Shown here: one piece after another, positions 22,001 to 32,406 of the stretch
Numbering within the stretch: position 1 is the stretch's first letter
Layout: the number at the start of each line of letters is the position of its first letter
From: Trichomonas gallinae
Taxonomy: Eukaryota
NCBI GenBank assembly: GCA_008369845.1
Contig: MRSU01010642.1
Span: 1 to 33,559, forward strand
DNA: 33,559 nt
Direction of reading: 5' to 3'
Notes under the pieces: generated by a model
Told to the model about the DNA's origin: nothing
The model's database searches: none
Seen by the model: the letters and a program-made list of their open reading frames with translations, nothing else
Position numbers and translations under genes: made by a program

Positions 22001-22217
22001 GAAAATGTTCAGTGGCATGCAAGACAACAAGCCGAAAGACACAAAGAAGATATCGGAAGAAGAGCTGACAATGTTCACGCAAGTCGCCCAGTCAAGTAGC
22101 GACGACGAAGATCAAGCTGAAAATGATGTATACATTGATAAGCATGGCACAACGAAAAACAAAGATGCAAAAACAAGCAAAGAAGTCAAAGATGCACTTC
22201 TTGAGCTTTTAGACTAA
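19080..22217 (+). CDS. Multi-BRCT protein, TopBP1/Rad4/Dpb11-like, with low-complexity repeats and C-terminal coiled coil
   Basis: BRCT signatures IAFSGL..KLIRQMGG..TNYLI..CISPDWL; FTFTG..IQEQGG; IIRGNGG..IAWL; IAVTGF..IGANYSKKLTKKVSLLIA..GSKFEYAQKWGIRVVT. Confidence 0.9.
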   Translation: MNVFISPKLPDDERKFVISEIQKCYESVSVSSTETRDIRLRIVDISEFENYLSTTPPPICSTAIYNAAEQRIDIKDVTVPECGIINFHLHRKHIAFSGLNYILLENCKKLIRQMGGFFDKIFTQKTNYLISHTMQTERAILAKNHHIQCISPDWLDALINSKNFIPPDDFILKPLAGLVFTFTGVSEEQAHFEHVIQEQGGKISNGLTTQTNAIITNELPTSSIARVGVRRNILFFSPDSIRNIEKGEIPKPIAPPYVPSNIFKGMKFTVRYHNPRKTIEIQQIIRGNGGTTGDDIIITDMNDSSPNCRSIAWLNRCVQTGSILDVGEFALFSPPRELREIPNMTIAVTGFKDGAQLLNIIEGIQMIGANYSKKLTKKVSLLIANKKEGSKFEYAQKWGIRVVTAAALEALANDGPDADLDRYTLSSTSNNTTPQKIIQDYVRKPINDVDENLYIEFNKPLKLVPQEITNSCFLSDDDDGNLKNEPKKLNKKETTNYLSDEDDDVTFISQTRNNVPKITPTPTISPKPSSQTKQNQINQSQKTNCHNHESQSNQFSINSDLKQKDSQYSNKNELRSSQKRDYHSNDSQSNHNSNKNEQNRFLSNDSQYSNSNQSKQKDFQSKNDYLSNNSNSKQYLSNESQKQSQKKNSQICSKTEEKQFSNDENDSKISYKKSFLSDDDDLTNKTDQNQLLSNKNDFKHSDKKSFLSDDDDLTIKTEQNQLLSNKNDSKQSDKKSFLSDDDDSSSKTDQRQFLSSESNQSKQPHENESQITNTSEQKQFLSSETPYNQSKQSQHSNFLSNDSSVNQSNEINTPKITNETQKKVNFLSSDTSSPYGTQNTAQQANSNIAEQNFNFLSSDDEIIDPEVQKVISQASQSSLEEEKKRKEEKQRIEEIERKLREEMEQKIKEEVEKKKEEELRQMREEAERKRREEEEKKQKEELERIKKLEEEKMKEENARLEAENQMKSITMNIKKMFSGMQDNKPKDTKKISEEELTMFTQVAQSSSDDEDQAENDVYIDKHGTTKNKDAKTSKEVKDALLELLD
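21091..21340 (+). repeat. Coding tandem repeat, 93-bp (31-aa) unit x about 2.7
   Basis: ATAAGAAAAGTTTTCT(A/T)AGTGATGA at 21091, 21184 and 21277, encoding KKSFLSDDDD..KT.Q.QLLSNKND.K.SD. Confidence 0.9.
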
Positions 22218-22558
22218 TTAACATTATAGATTATTTGTTTGATAAAATATTTATTTTTAATAATTATGTTCATTTTCAATCTTCATCCGTACTTCATTTT
22301 ATCGAAATATCATCAATTGTTCTTCATTTCAATTATCAAATGAAGTGCATAGGTTTTTCTTATAAACGAGTTATCTCCATGCATAATATATTCTTTTTTT
22401 CATTATGATAGAAAACTATAAGAGCTTATATATGATGCCAGTACTTTAAAAATTATTTGGAATTTGGCAATTATAAACATGTTATTATTATCTAATGTGG
22501 GAAAAAAAGGCAATAAAAAATGAGGATGATTAATAAACAAACATAAATAATAAACAAT

Positions 22559-24421
22559 TTATTGTGTGACAACAGATTCTATTAAATATCTCAGCTTTTG
22601 TTCTCTATAAGGAATTACGTCAACTGCTCTTCTTCTGCTGATAATCAAATCATCTCCGTATGTTTCTTTCATTTGGTGCGCGAAAGTTAAAATTGCGCTT
22701 GATGTCATCTTCATCTCCTCCTGAAGAGTTACTAATGTAGGATGCCTTGGATTTATTGGTGGAATGATTTCGAACTTCAAGAAGTCTTTTAAACTCCTGT
22801 ATGTTTTCTGGTAACGCGAAATAACATCCTCAGCATTCTCCCAAAACGTCACAGCATCAGCCAGTTTCTGGCTCTCATCAGATGACTGAGAGTATTTCGC
22901 TACCATATCCAGTTTCTGCCCAGCAGTGAAGCCTAGTCTTGACCAGATGAAATTCAGTCTTTCGAAAAGTGTTTCTCCTTGCGTAGAATTCGTTAATTCT
23001 ACTGTTTGTGTCAGCAGAAACTCCATGTCATCCTGTGTTTTCTCTGGAGCCTTCTCGCATCCAATGATAACAGCTGTGACTTTCGGATCCATCTTTCGCT
23101 CAGTTTTTGTTTGTGATTCATCAGGTAGATTGAACTGCGCGATTTTTTCTTCTTCTTTGCTTTCGATAACGTAGGTTTTCTGCTTGTCTGGGAACAGATC
23201 TAAAGCATCGGGGAGCTTGGCTGCCTGCTCTATATCAGCGCCAGTAGATACTTCAAGCGACTGAGTAACTTGAGTGAAATATTTCTTTGGTTGTATTTGC
23301 GGGCCAGCCCTTTTTTCTTCGAGTGGGTCCGAAAAATTCCAGAACTCCTGGTATATGTCTTTGGGCAGTGTTTGTTCTAAATTTTTGGTTTCAAGTGGTC
23401 TGGGTCTACGACTTGCATGCTGAGATGAAATAATTCTTATTTTATGTGGATTTGGCTTTGCTACTGTTGTTAATGCTGTTGTTGATAGCACTGATGATGA
23501 CTTCTGAACGAATTTAGGCTTTATTTCCGGTCTGAGAACTTCACTCGCAGTTTTCAAACGCTGAGGAAGGTTTTCAATTAAATCTTTTGTCATTCTATTA
23601 TTCCTTTCAAATGTAAATTGGTAAGAAGGAGGAAATTGCTCTGATGCAGCATTCATTTGTTGAATTAATTTCGCATCTACTTCAACATTACGGATACTCT
23701 CTGCTTTTGTCAGCATTGATGAAATTGCAGTGTCATTTTTGTCTTGTGGCTTGAATTCTATGAACTCTGCTTTCTGTGCAGCGTTTAAATTTTGATAAGG
23801 TATAATTTCTTCGCGCAACATGCGTCTAAATACCTCTGATCTGCATTTTCGTACCTCATTCACGAAGAATGTCATCCTTTCTTTCAATTTCTTTCGAGTT
23901 TTTTGACAATCGATCATTTTTTCGTGTTTCATTACTCTTATAACATTCATTACCAAGTCGTTGAATTTCTCCTCCATGTGTACTAAATGTGACTTATCAT
24001 CAATTCGTATATTTCTTATCTCTTTTCGTACATCTTGCACGGATTCCGATGAAAACCAGTATTTTTGGTACGGTTCTATTGTGAGGGGAACCGATTTTTC
24101 CTTTGTTTGCTGAAACGCGCGCTCATTTCGCTCCTGCATCATAGGAGTTACTATACTTGCGTAAACCTGATCTGGTGTTTTCGCGGATTCCATATGTGGA
24201 ACGAACTTCCTGTCCTTCTCGTGTAACACATATCTTGCTGCTCGTTGTATTGACGTGTTTGGTGAAGGTGGTTGCACTGGTTCGCTCTCGATTTCGATAT
24301 CATTTGGCGCCCCGTAAACGATTTTCATCATCTCTTCGCCGCGAGGGCTCATGAAGTGTGTGAATCTTTCTTTGGTGCGGAAGAAATCGTCCAATTTCGA
24401 GAAAGCAACAGTTTCAACCAT
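22559..24421 (-). CDS. Hypothetical protein with CCDC87-like C-terminal domain (620 aa)
   Basis: ERLNFIWSRLGFTAGQKLDMVAKYS..LADAVTFWENA...ETYGDDLIISRR resembles the CCDC87 C-terminus (LE.MWSVL....DQVDM.IKYS..WE.A...FGE.V.F.GR) from recall. Confidence 0.85.
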   Translation of the reverse strand: MVETVAFSKLDDFFRTKERFTHFMSPRGEEMMKIVYGAPNDIEIESEPVQPPSPNTSIQRAARYVLHEKDRKFVPHMESAKTPDQVYASIVTPMMQERNERAFQQTKEKSVPLTIEPYQKYWFSSESVQDVRKEIRNIRIDDKSHLVHMEEKFNDLVMNVIRVMKHEKMIDCQKTRKKLKERMTFFVNEVRKCRSEVFRRMLREEIIPYQNLNAAQKAEFIEFKPQDKNDTAISSMLTKAESIRNVEVDAKLIQQMNAASEQFPPSYQFTFERNNRMTKDLIENLPQRLKTASEVLRPEIKPKFVQKSSSVLSTTALTTVAKPNPHKIRIISSQHASRRPRPLETKNLEQTLPKDIYQEFWNFSDPLEEKRAGPQIQPKKYFTQVTQSLEVSTGADIEQAAKLPDALDLFPDKQKTYVIESKEEEKIAQFNLPDESQTKTERKMDPKVTAVIIGCEKAPEKTQDDMEFLLTQTVELTNSTQGETLFERLNFIWSRLGFTAGQKLDMVAKYSQSSDESQKLADAVTFWENAEDVISRYQKTYRSLKDFLKFEIIPPINPRHPTLVTLQEEMKMTSSAILTFAHQMKETYGDDLIISRRRAVDVIPYREQKLRYLIESVVTQ

Positions 24422-24833
24422 TCACCAAATTTTTTTAGCAAAATTTTCAAACGAAAAGAAAAATTTTAGAAAAGTGACGATTTTGATTTCAAAAAAAAAC
24501 ACTGAATTATTCGTCCTTAAAATGTTTATCGCGTATTGCCTGTATCAAAAAAAAATTCTTAGTGTGTTGTAAAAATACGTTTTTATTTTAAACATTTCTG
24601 AAGTTTACGGGCGTGAAAGCTATGTTAAAATTGTGTGTAAACTATCATTATCATTAGTTTCTGACTATTTTTACTTTAAATTGTTTTAAAATCCGAACTA
24701 AAAATAATCGCCTTATTACAGGCGTAAAAGATCCCTGTAAAAATGTTCAGAAACTTATATTACAAGATATATAATTTTAAATGGCATTGAAATTTGAATT
24801 GAAAATAATCGTAGGCAAATAATTTCAAAAAAT

Positions 24834-25004
24834 ATGCAATTTACAGCTTTGTTATGGGCTACAGCAAGAGAAGGTAATCATGAAACTGTCAAACTCCTTC
24901 TCGCAAAAACCAATGACAACTGGACAGCTTTGGATTTGGCTTCTCACTATAATGAAATCATAAAAATGTTGTTAGATCATGGTGCAATTGGGGATTTAAC
25001 TTAA
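24834..25004 (+). pseudogene. Ankyrin repeat gene remnant (56 codons)
   Basis: MQFTALLWATAREGNHETVKLLLAKTNDNWTALDLASHYNEIIKMLLDHGA: two degenerate ankyrin repeats with the GADxN linker missing. Shorter than any ORF in the track. Confidence 0.75.
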
Positions 25005-25195
25005 TTAATCAATTTTTTAAAAACATTGTCTAAATCATGAATAGCATCATTTTCATGTGATAAAATGGATCATAAAAGCTGTCTGAGCCCATAAACATAT
25101 AATAAAACACGATTTTTAAATTTCGAAATACTATTTCATGTGTTTGAATATTATTTTGTGATCCAAGCAATAGATTAGACTTAATACATGATTTT

Positions 25196-26443
25196 TTACT
25201 CTAATAAATGAACATAAACAATTCCTGCTGAAATAGCAACAGCAAAGATGACGAAGAATATAGATATATAGCCCCATTTCTCTTTGAGTTTGAATGCCTT
25301 CAAATACGTTATTGGAGGAAGAACTAAGGACATGATTAGAAAAGAAATATTTCCAACCATTTCAAAAATGTGCTCATTTTGGCCTTTGAAGTATTCAGTG
25401 CACATTCTGCAAAACATCTCGATTGTTAAGATCGAAATCAAAGTTAATAATTTTGTTGGAATAACTTCAAACATTGAAACGATTTCACTGGCTGCAAGAT
25501 AAATGTAGCAGCCATTGGTGATCAAGCAGTTGATTAAATTGGCAGCTTGACCAATATTCGAAATTAAATTTTTTTCTGGATAAAAATTAATCATTAGTTC
25601 TTCGTCTGTAGAGCCCCAATAATATAGATGGCCGAACAATGATATTGAGAAGTTAATAATCACAGCAACAAGAATAGAAACAATCATTGTGTTAATTACT
25701 GACTTTTGGGTCTTCTTTGGAAGAGATTTGGCGACAACACACATGAATGGCTGACCCCAAAAGATGACTAGCCATGTTGCCATCCCATGAATCGTATCCC
25801 AGAACTTTGCAGAATATAAGTTCTGTTTTCTCTCAGGATCGAAGCCGTCATTCTTAACAGATCTAACAAAGAAGTAGATCATCACAGCAAGCATGATCAT
25901 TGTTGCTATGTTGGCAAACACTAGATAAAAGCGAAGTTGTACAAATTGAGAAATTAAAAATAATGGAACAGTGAATATAGGAATTATGCAATATTGTAAA
26001 AAGTTTGGATTAGTGTAGAATGTCTCACTGCCTATATATGGTACTAGAATTGAATCGATGGTAGTTTCAATATGATGAATCATTAACATGCTTGAATACA
26101 CTAAAGCAATGATATATATGAGTCTAACTATGTGTTGTCCATGTCCAAAAGTGTCTTTCACTATATCAGCATAGCTATTTCCGTGTTCATAGCGCCATGT
26201 TCTGATGAATAACGAAGATGCTATCACATTGATTGCTGCTGCAAGTAAGCATGTTCCAATGATGTTTACAAGCCCAACATTAAAATGAATATCCATCTGA
26301 AGGGCATCAGCGCGAGTCATCATTGCAAATATCGTTGAAATCGCCATGAAAGATGATATAGGCTTCGTCTCAGAGGTGAACAGTATTCTAGATGATCCTA
26401 TAGTGAACCTATAGTCTTCAAGAAGCATATCTCCACCAATCAT
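25196..26443 (-). CDS. Amino acid transporter (AAAP/Aa_trans-like permease)
   Basis: About 11 hydrophobic segments; SY.DIV...FG, PLFL..F..LR, FWGQP and GHLYYW match the AAAP family layout. Confidence 0.85.
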   Translation of the reverse strand: MIGGDMLLEDYRFTIGSSRILFTSETKPISSFMAISTIFAMMTRADALQMDIHFNVGLVNIIGTCLLAAAINVIASSLFIRTWRYEHGNSYADIVKDTFGHGQHIVRLIYIIALVYSSMLMIHHIETTIDSILVPYIGSETFYTNPNFLQYCIIPIFTVPLFLISQFVQLRFYLVFANIATMIMLAVMIYFFVRSVKNDGFDPERKQNLYSAKFWDTIHGMATWLVIFWGQPFMCVVAKSLPKKTQKSVINTMIVSILVAVIINFSISLFGHLYYWGSTDEELMINFYPEKNLISNIGQAANLINCLITNGCYIYLAASEIVSMFEVIPTKLLTLISILTIEMFCRMCTEYFKGQNEHIFEMVGNISFLIMSLVLPPITYLKAFKLKEKWGYISIFFVIFAVAISAGIVYVHLLE

Positions 26444-29349
26444 TCAACAAAAATTTGTGTTTTACCGAAAATTGCCATTTTTTTAATTATGTCATTACTG
26501 GCTGTGATAATCATTGTTATTTTTGAGAAATATTTAATATTTGAATGTGATTTCAAAAAGTTTCATTTTTTGAGGTGTACTGAATAATTCTTCCTAAAAT
26601 AGGAAAGAAATCTTGCTATGTGGTACCTGTTGGCCATAAATAGAAATGGCCGGATATGATTTAACGTTTGAAAAATTGATGAATTAACAAATATTGAATG
26701 ATTTGAATTAACAAGTCATCGGATAACATTCGTATTATATCCAACTGAGACTAAATTAAATGAAAATTAAATTGAGAAGCTTTTATTGTTACATTCAATA
26801 TTGTTTATTTCTTCTTGTAAAAAGTTTTGAAATTTGTCTCTATTTAATTGTAAAAATATTATTGTCTAGTATTATTTCAGTGAATATGGCACTTAGATTT
26901 GCTCAACCATCAAACAAAATTTGATTTGGATGTGATTTCATTAATATAATGGTCTTTTTCGATAAATCAATTTGAAATATCACTATATAGTTCTATATGA
27001 ACTTATTTAAAGGCATTTTAAGCTTATCTGATCAAAATTTAGAAACAATTTTAAAAATTTGAAATCAAGACTTGAAAGTTGGCGAATTGAACACTAACAA
27101 TGATAGAAATGATATGACAAAAAGAATGACTATAAAATTTTACAAATATGAAAAATTTGGTTTATTTCTCATTATTCAATGCTATGAACTTCTATGATTT
27201 GTAAATTCTCGTATTTTATTCAAAAAATTGATTTCAACGGAAAAGTTTGAAAGATATCACAAAATAATTGTGTTTCCCGAACACTCATATCGGAAATATT
27301 ATTTTTCTCTAAGCGTAGCATTGAATTATAATTGTTTGGATTCCAAAATAAATGTAACCACTTTTCTGATCCTCTTTCCGATGGTTTTATCGAAATGTGT
27401 TCATTTTGATGCTCTGTTGGTTTTAGAAATATAGCTGTGATTCTATGCATGAGTGCAAATACTCCAATTTTAGCATACTTTATTTAGTTCAGTCAATCGC
27501 AAACCAATGAAAGCATCAGTTCGCTGTTTTACCAATTGATTTATGTGTATAAAGTTGCACATATTTTAATACATTAATTTATTCGTGTGAAATCTTCGTT
27601 TAAACAACAAAACTGAATAGATTTAGCCGATAATATGATATCAGTGGTTTTTCACAATGCATGAGCATAGTATACAGTCTATTGATGCTGAATATTGTGG
27701 GAAAATCGTGATTTTATAAGAATAATATATTCAAATTTTCCTTCTTGAAATGAAGAGAGATATCTTAATTAGAACAATATAATGATGTTTTCTGTTCATT
27801 CAATAATGTTAGAGGATCGTGATTCATATTTTTCATGGAAAATAATTTGAAAACTATGTAGGGCTCATTTTAACATTATTTATCTATTTGCTCAATTACT
27901 TATAGCTATCGTTATATAAAATAGCAAATCCTACCTATTGCAATTTCGAAAATTAACTAGTTTTTCTTTCATGTGAACATAAACTAAACATTTGATTAAA
28001 GAAATGCTTGTACTGTTGTTTCTATATCTATGCTTAGTAATGGACATGACATTTTTGAATGAATTATTTTAAAAAGAAGAAATAAATTATGAACCATAGA
28101 GAAAGAGCATTTGTGTCAATCTCATATGAGGTTATATTTTCATTAAAAGTAACATGCCATATGTAGATTAACGTTTGATCATTAAAAAAAATTTGAAATT
28201 TTAATCATTCAAAGATAATGCATCTTTTGTTCCTTTGGGACTAAATTGTCTGGATATTTAAATTATATGGTTATTATTGTGATTTGAAGTAAAGGTTATG
28301 AAAATTTGATGTGAAAATTATGAATGAATTGTCAAATTGATTTTCTTGCTATGTTAAATTGGTATATTTGCCATCTGATATCTGAATGAACATAAAAATA
28401 TACCAAAATTCAGACGAAGAGTAGAAATTCCGCAATAACATTTCTGATTTTGTGAATATAGGGCTTTCTATGCACAGCATTAGATTATCTGTGTTATGTT
28501 GATTTATTGAGGGAATTCTGTCATAGGTTTGATCAATTTAATTCAGAAATTTCCAATTTCGCTATTCGGTGCCTGGAAATAATATATTATTAAATATCTC
28601 ATCTTACAGATACTATATTCGATGACGAAATGCCTGAAAAAAGTTTGTTGGTCAAATTGGCAAGAGTTTACATGAATCCGCTCCACTCTATGATTAATCG
28701 GATGAAATGAATTATATATATAAATACAATAAAATTACCAAACAAAAACGGCCAGCCTAGAAAATGACAGTCATCTTCAGAAAAAATTTAGAATGCATCA
28801 AAAGACATCAAATTTATATCATTGATATCAAACATATAATGTACTTGGTCTCAAAAATGTAATAATAAAAATTTTGATAAAATGATACATAATCACATAT
28901 ATTTAATTTTAAAAATCAATAAAATTTATTTTGAGAGTTTTATCTCAAAATTATTGAAATAAAATTTGGCCTAGTCTCTCACAAAAATTATTTAGAGAGA
29001 TTTCAAATTTAAAATCTTCAAAACTTTATCTTTGTAATATATATCTATATATAAGCATAATATTGATTTATAAAATTTTTGAATAAAAAAATCATTTTTA
29101 GGATTTTGTAATATGATAAATTTTAGATTGATTTTAGCTGAAAAATAATTCAACAATTCATAGAAAAAATTCAGAAAACTATCAAAAAACTGATGATATT
29201 TGTTATATTCTCAGTCATTACCAAATATTTTTTGAGTAAAAAATTTGGCAAAAAAATAAAAATCATTAATGATTTGATCATTATAATAAGCTCCTTATAA
29301 TCTTGTCCGTTGTTGCTTTTTCGGTCAATTATATTTTTGTCATAATTGA

Positions 29350-30684
29350 ATGGATGCGAACTACTCCCCTCTCGTAGAAGAGGAGAAGCATGACTCAACG
29401 AAGAAACGCCTTTCAATGATCGCCGCTCTCTTCATCATCCTTATTGGTATAGTTTTAGCAACATTATCAGTAAGAAAATACGTTTTCCAGAAAAACTTCC
29501 TTACTGGCACGCAAAGCACAGCCCGCTTCATCATGATCAACGATTTGCACATAGATCCATTCTATATTGATGATTCTGATCATTCTGTAGCTAAGATGTG
29601 CAGAAAGTCGGCTGGTTCTGGAGCGATAAAGAGACCTTTTGGCCAGTATAAATGCGATACACCAATGAGAACATTCTATTCCATGTGTGATTTCCTTCCA
29701 AAAGCTGAAAGAAATCCAGCATTTATTCTTTTCGGCGGTGACTGCCTCGGACACAAGCTTGAGCCAACCAAAGATGATGTCGCTGGAAACATGTCAATTG
29801 TCATTGACTCGATAGCCAAAAACTTCAATAATGTTCCGGTTCTTTTCACGATCGGCAACAACGACTTACATCCTGACTACGGAACATTCGACAACGACAA
29901 GAAGGACCTCAAATCTCTTGCTAAGATCTTCGGCAAGTACATGACTGAAGAGCAGCTCACGACATTCAAGAAAGGTGGATATTATTATCAAGACATTCCA
30001 TCTCAAAATCTAAGGCTTCTTTTGTTGAACACAGTCATCTACAACGAAGATCATGGTGATTACGATCCAAAGCACCCAGATCCATACGACCAGTTCGCTT
30101 GGATAAAGACCGTGTCTCAAAATGCGGTTGACAAGAAGATGAAAGTTGCAATTGCCATGCATATTCCACCAGTAGCAGGCAGAGATAAGTTCGCAGAAGG
30201 CTTCCGTGAAGAATACGCAGCTACTTTCTATGAGACAATCAAATCCTTTAATTATGAATTCTTCATTAACGGTCATGTCCACTCAGATCTCTTCCTCCCA
30301 ATGGCAGACAACTTATTTACACTAAGTGCACCTTCTGTTTCCCCGATCCACGAAAACAATCCAGGATTCAGAGTCTACGAGCTCCAAAAGGGCGGACTTT
30401 CTAACTTCGCGCAGTTCTTTGCCGACATTAGATCGAACCCACAGGACAGCCTCGAGTGGAAGCTTGAGTACGACTTCAACTCAATGTATGGAACAGATTC
30501 CGTGTCGATGGATAACATCCGCAAAGTCGTCGAGAAAATACAGAACGACAACGGATACTTGTGGAAATACAAAATGAACATGTACACACAAGCTGACGAG
30601 CTCAACAGCTTCTACATCTGCAAGCTCAACGCAAAGTCGAAGTCTGAGCTGAAGAAATGCACGGAAAACTTTAATGTTGTATAA
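29350..30684 (+). CDS. Membrane-anchored metallophosphoesterase, acid sphingomyelinase-like/endopolyphosphatase (PPN1)-like
   Basis: N-terminal TM; motifs NDLHID, FGQYKCDTP, GGD, GNND, LNT, DQFAW, HIPP, GHVH, PSVSP..NNPGFRVY, WKLEY. Confidence 0.92.
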   Translation: MDANYSPLVEEEKHDSTKKRLSMIAALFIILIGIVLATLSVRKYVFQKNFLTGTQSTARFIMINDLHIDPFYIDDSDHSVAKMCRKSAGSGAIKRPFGQYKCDTPMRTFYSMCDFLPKAERNPAFILFGGDCLGHKLEPTKDDVAGNMSIVIDSIAKNFNNVPVLFTIGNNDLHPDYGTFDNDKKDLKSLAKIFGKYMTEEQLTTFKKGGYYYQDIPSQNLRLLLLNTVIYNEDHGDYDPKHPDPYDQFAWIKTVSQNAVDKKMKVAIAMHIPPVAGRDKFAEGFREEYAATFYETIKSFNYEFFINGHVHSDLFLPMADNLFTLSAPSVSPIHENNPGFRVYELQKGGLSNFAQFFADIRSNPQDSLEWKLEYDFNSMYGTDSVSMDNIRKVVEKIQNDNGYLWKYKMNMYTQADELNSFYICKLNAKSKSELKKCTENFNVV

Positions 30685-31483
30685 AAATTATTATATCTAT
30701 CCTTTTTCTATCAAATACCGCATGGAAGCACGCTTTTTCTACGTTTTTACCTGATAATATCAAATTATTCTCATTTTAATTCTGAACAAAAATATCTTGA
30801 TAAAATTAATAGCAATAGATAAGTTTTAAGCTCAAAATTTGTAAAATTAATATGTACTATAGAAGCTAACATAGAAATTTCGTTTGATTTGTCAGTAAAA
30901 ATAAAAAAAAAAATGATTAATGAATATGGAGCTTCAAAATTAGATAAATTTACTATAATGATGTTCAAATAGTGACTGTGGTGTATAATTGCAGGTGAAA
31001 GAATGTTGAATATTGAATCGATGAAATTTGATTGTAGGAATAGGAAATAGAATTGATTCATAATATAGAGATGATTTATTTCATTACTACTAAATATTAA
31101 GTCATCAAATACATCCTGTAGTGTAATTTGCAAATAATATGGAAATTATTTTGTGTTTAGATCATAAAGTATAATTCAAATTATCAAGAATAGACTAAAT
31201 TACATATTATTTTAGTAATACAGCATATTGGCAAAACAAATATCAAATTAAATCTAATATTTTTGTGTCAAATTGGATTCTATTTGATTTTCTAAGATAA
31301 TTTCAAGTAACTGAATCTAGATAATGAATTATGCATGTGTAGATCTGCATATCGATAATCTAAATCAGAATTTCTGAAATTTCTAAATTTTTTCATGTAT
31401 ATAAGTAGATAACTGTTAAATTACAATTGTTCTTCCGATTGAATTTATGACACAAGACAAAAACTGAATAAATCAGAACTGAA

Positions 31484-32380
31484 TCATATTATTGATAGAT
31501 CCAAGGTGCTCACAGAGTCTGATACTTCATTGTGAGTTTCTGACAACGAGAACATATATATAATCCATAGAATAACGTAATGATAAATGTTAATGTGGAA
31601 TGTGTACATAATGGCATTCAACCATGCGTAAAGATTCATATTTATATATGCTAATCTTTTGAAATGCTTAGATTGATTGATGGCCTTAATGGTTATCGTG
31701 ATGAAATAAGTCAACGGGATCAAAAATAGAGCAATTTTCAACTTATTTATCAAATATTCGGGAATAAACTTCTTTGTGTCTGAGAAAAGCACAATGTAAG
31801 CAATGATCCAGAAAGTAAAGATAATGATGAAGAGTTCGTATTTCTTTAGAATTGATTCAACGATGCCGCTTTCGTAAAAAAATGCATTTTCGATATTTTC
31901 TGATAATTCGAAATATTGGAGGAAAAACTTAACAGATAGAAGCATCAATAGAAGATATTTCTGTGATAATGCTGTATAATGGATAATTTTACTGTATTTC
32001 ATCTTCAAAAGAAACAAAATTGATGTAACGCTTATTAAATAGCTAATAATTGATAACTGTAACAGATCTTGAAAAGTTGAATATATTTTCGTTGTAAAAG
32101 TAGCGTACAATCGATGTCCGTAGAAATAAAATGAAAAATTATAAATTATTTGTACGATATAACTCGTTGCGTGTGTAATGCAGAAGAATACTCCTGGTGT
32201 TAGTTCACTTTTTAAATGTACCTTTGATTGTTTGAGTAATTTCGAAAATATAAAAAAATAAGGAAGCTGAGATAATAAACCAACAAAAAAAGAAGTGATA
32301 ATAGAAGGTGGATCGCAAGTATTCATACTAACAAACTTGCATTTAGGCTCAAAAGATATAATAACAGTAAATTCATCCAT
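31484..32380 (-). CDS. Multi-pass membrane hypothetical protein (about 7 TM, 298 aa)
   Basis: About 900-bp ORF in AT-rich DNA with several hydrophobic segments and a short S/T-rich tail. Confidence 0.7.
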   Translation of the reverse strand: MDEFTVIISFEPKCKFVSMNTCDPPSIITSFFVGLLSQLPYFFIFSKLLKQSKVHLKSELTPGVFFCITHATSYIVQIIYNFSFYFYGHRLYATFTTKIYSTFQDLLQLSIISYLISVTSILFLLKMKYSKIIHYTALSQKYLLLMLLSVKFFLQYFELSENIENAFFYESGIVESILKKYELFIIIFTFWIIAYIVLFSDTKKFIPEYLINKLKIALFLIPLTYFITITIKAINQSKHFKRLAYINMNLYAWLNAIMYTFHINIYHYVILWIIYMFSLSETHNEVSDSVSTLDLSII

Positions 32381-32406
32381 TTGACAAATAAAATTTATTT
32401 GTCAAA
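32380..32406. promoter_or_regulatory. Perfect 13-bp-arm palindrome abutting a start codon
   Basis: TTTGACAAATAAA-A-TTTATTTGTCAAA lies immediately upstream of the minus-strand ATG at 32380. Confidence 0.5.

Noticed and set aside
28929..28950. Short inverted repeat TTTTGAGA...TCTCAAAA
   Set aside because: 8-bp AT-rich arms are expected by chance.
30771..31133. 120-aa minus-strand ORF
   Set aside because: Non-ATG start, I/F/N/L-rich composition and no motif. It might be a decayed gene but is unsupported.
32194..32204. ACTAACACCAG on minus strand, resembling the trichomonad intron 3' motif ACTAACACACAG
   Set aside because: One base short, no canonical 5' splice site upstream, and the ORF is open through it.
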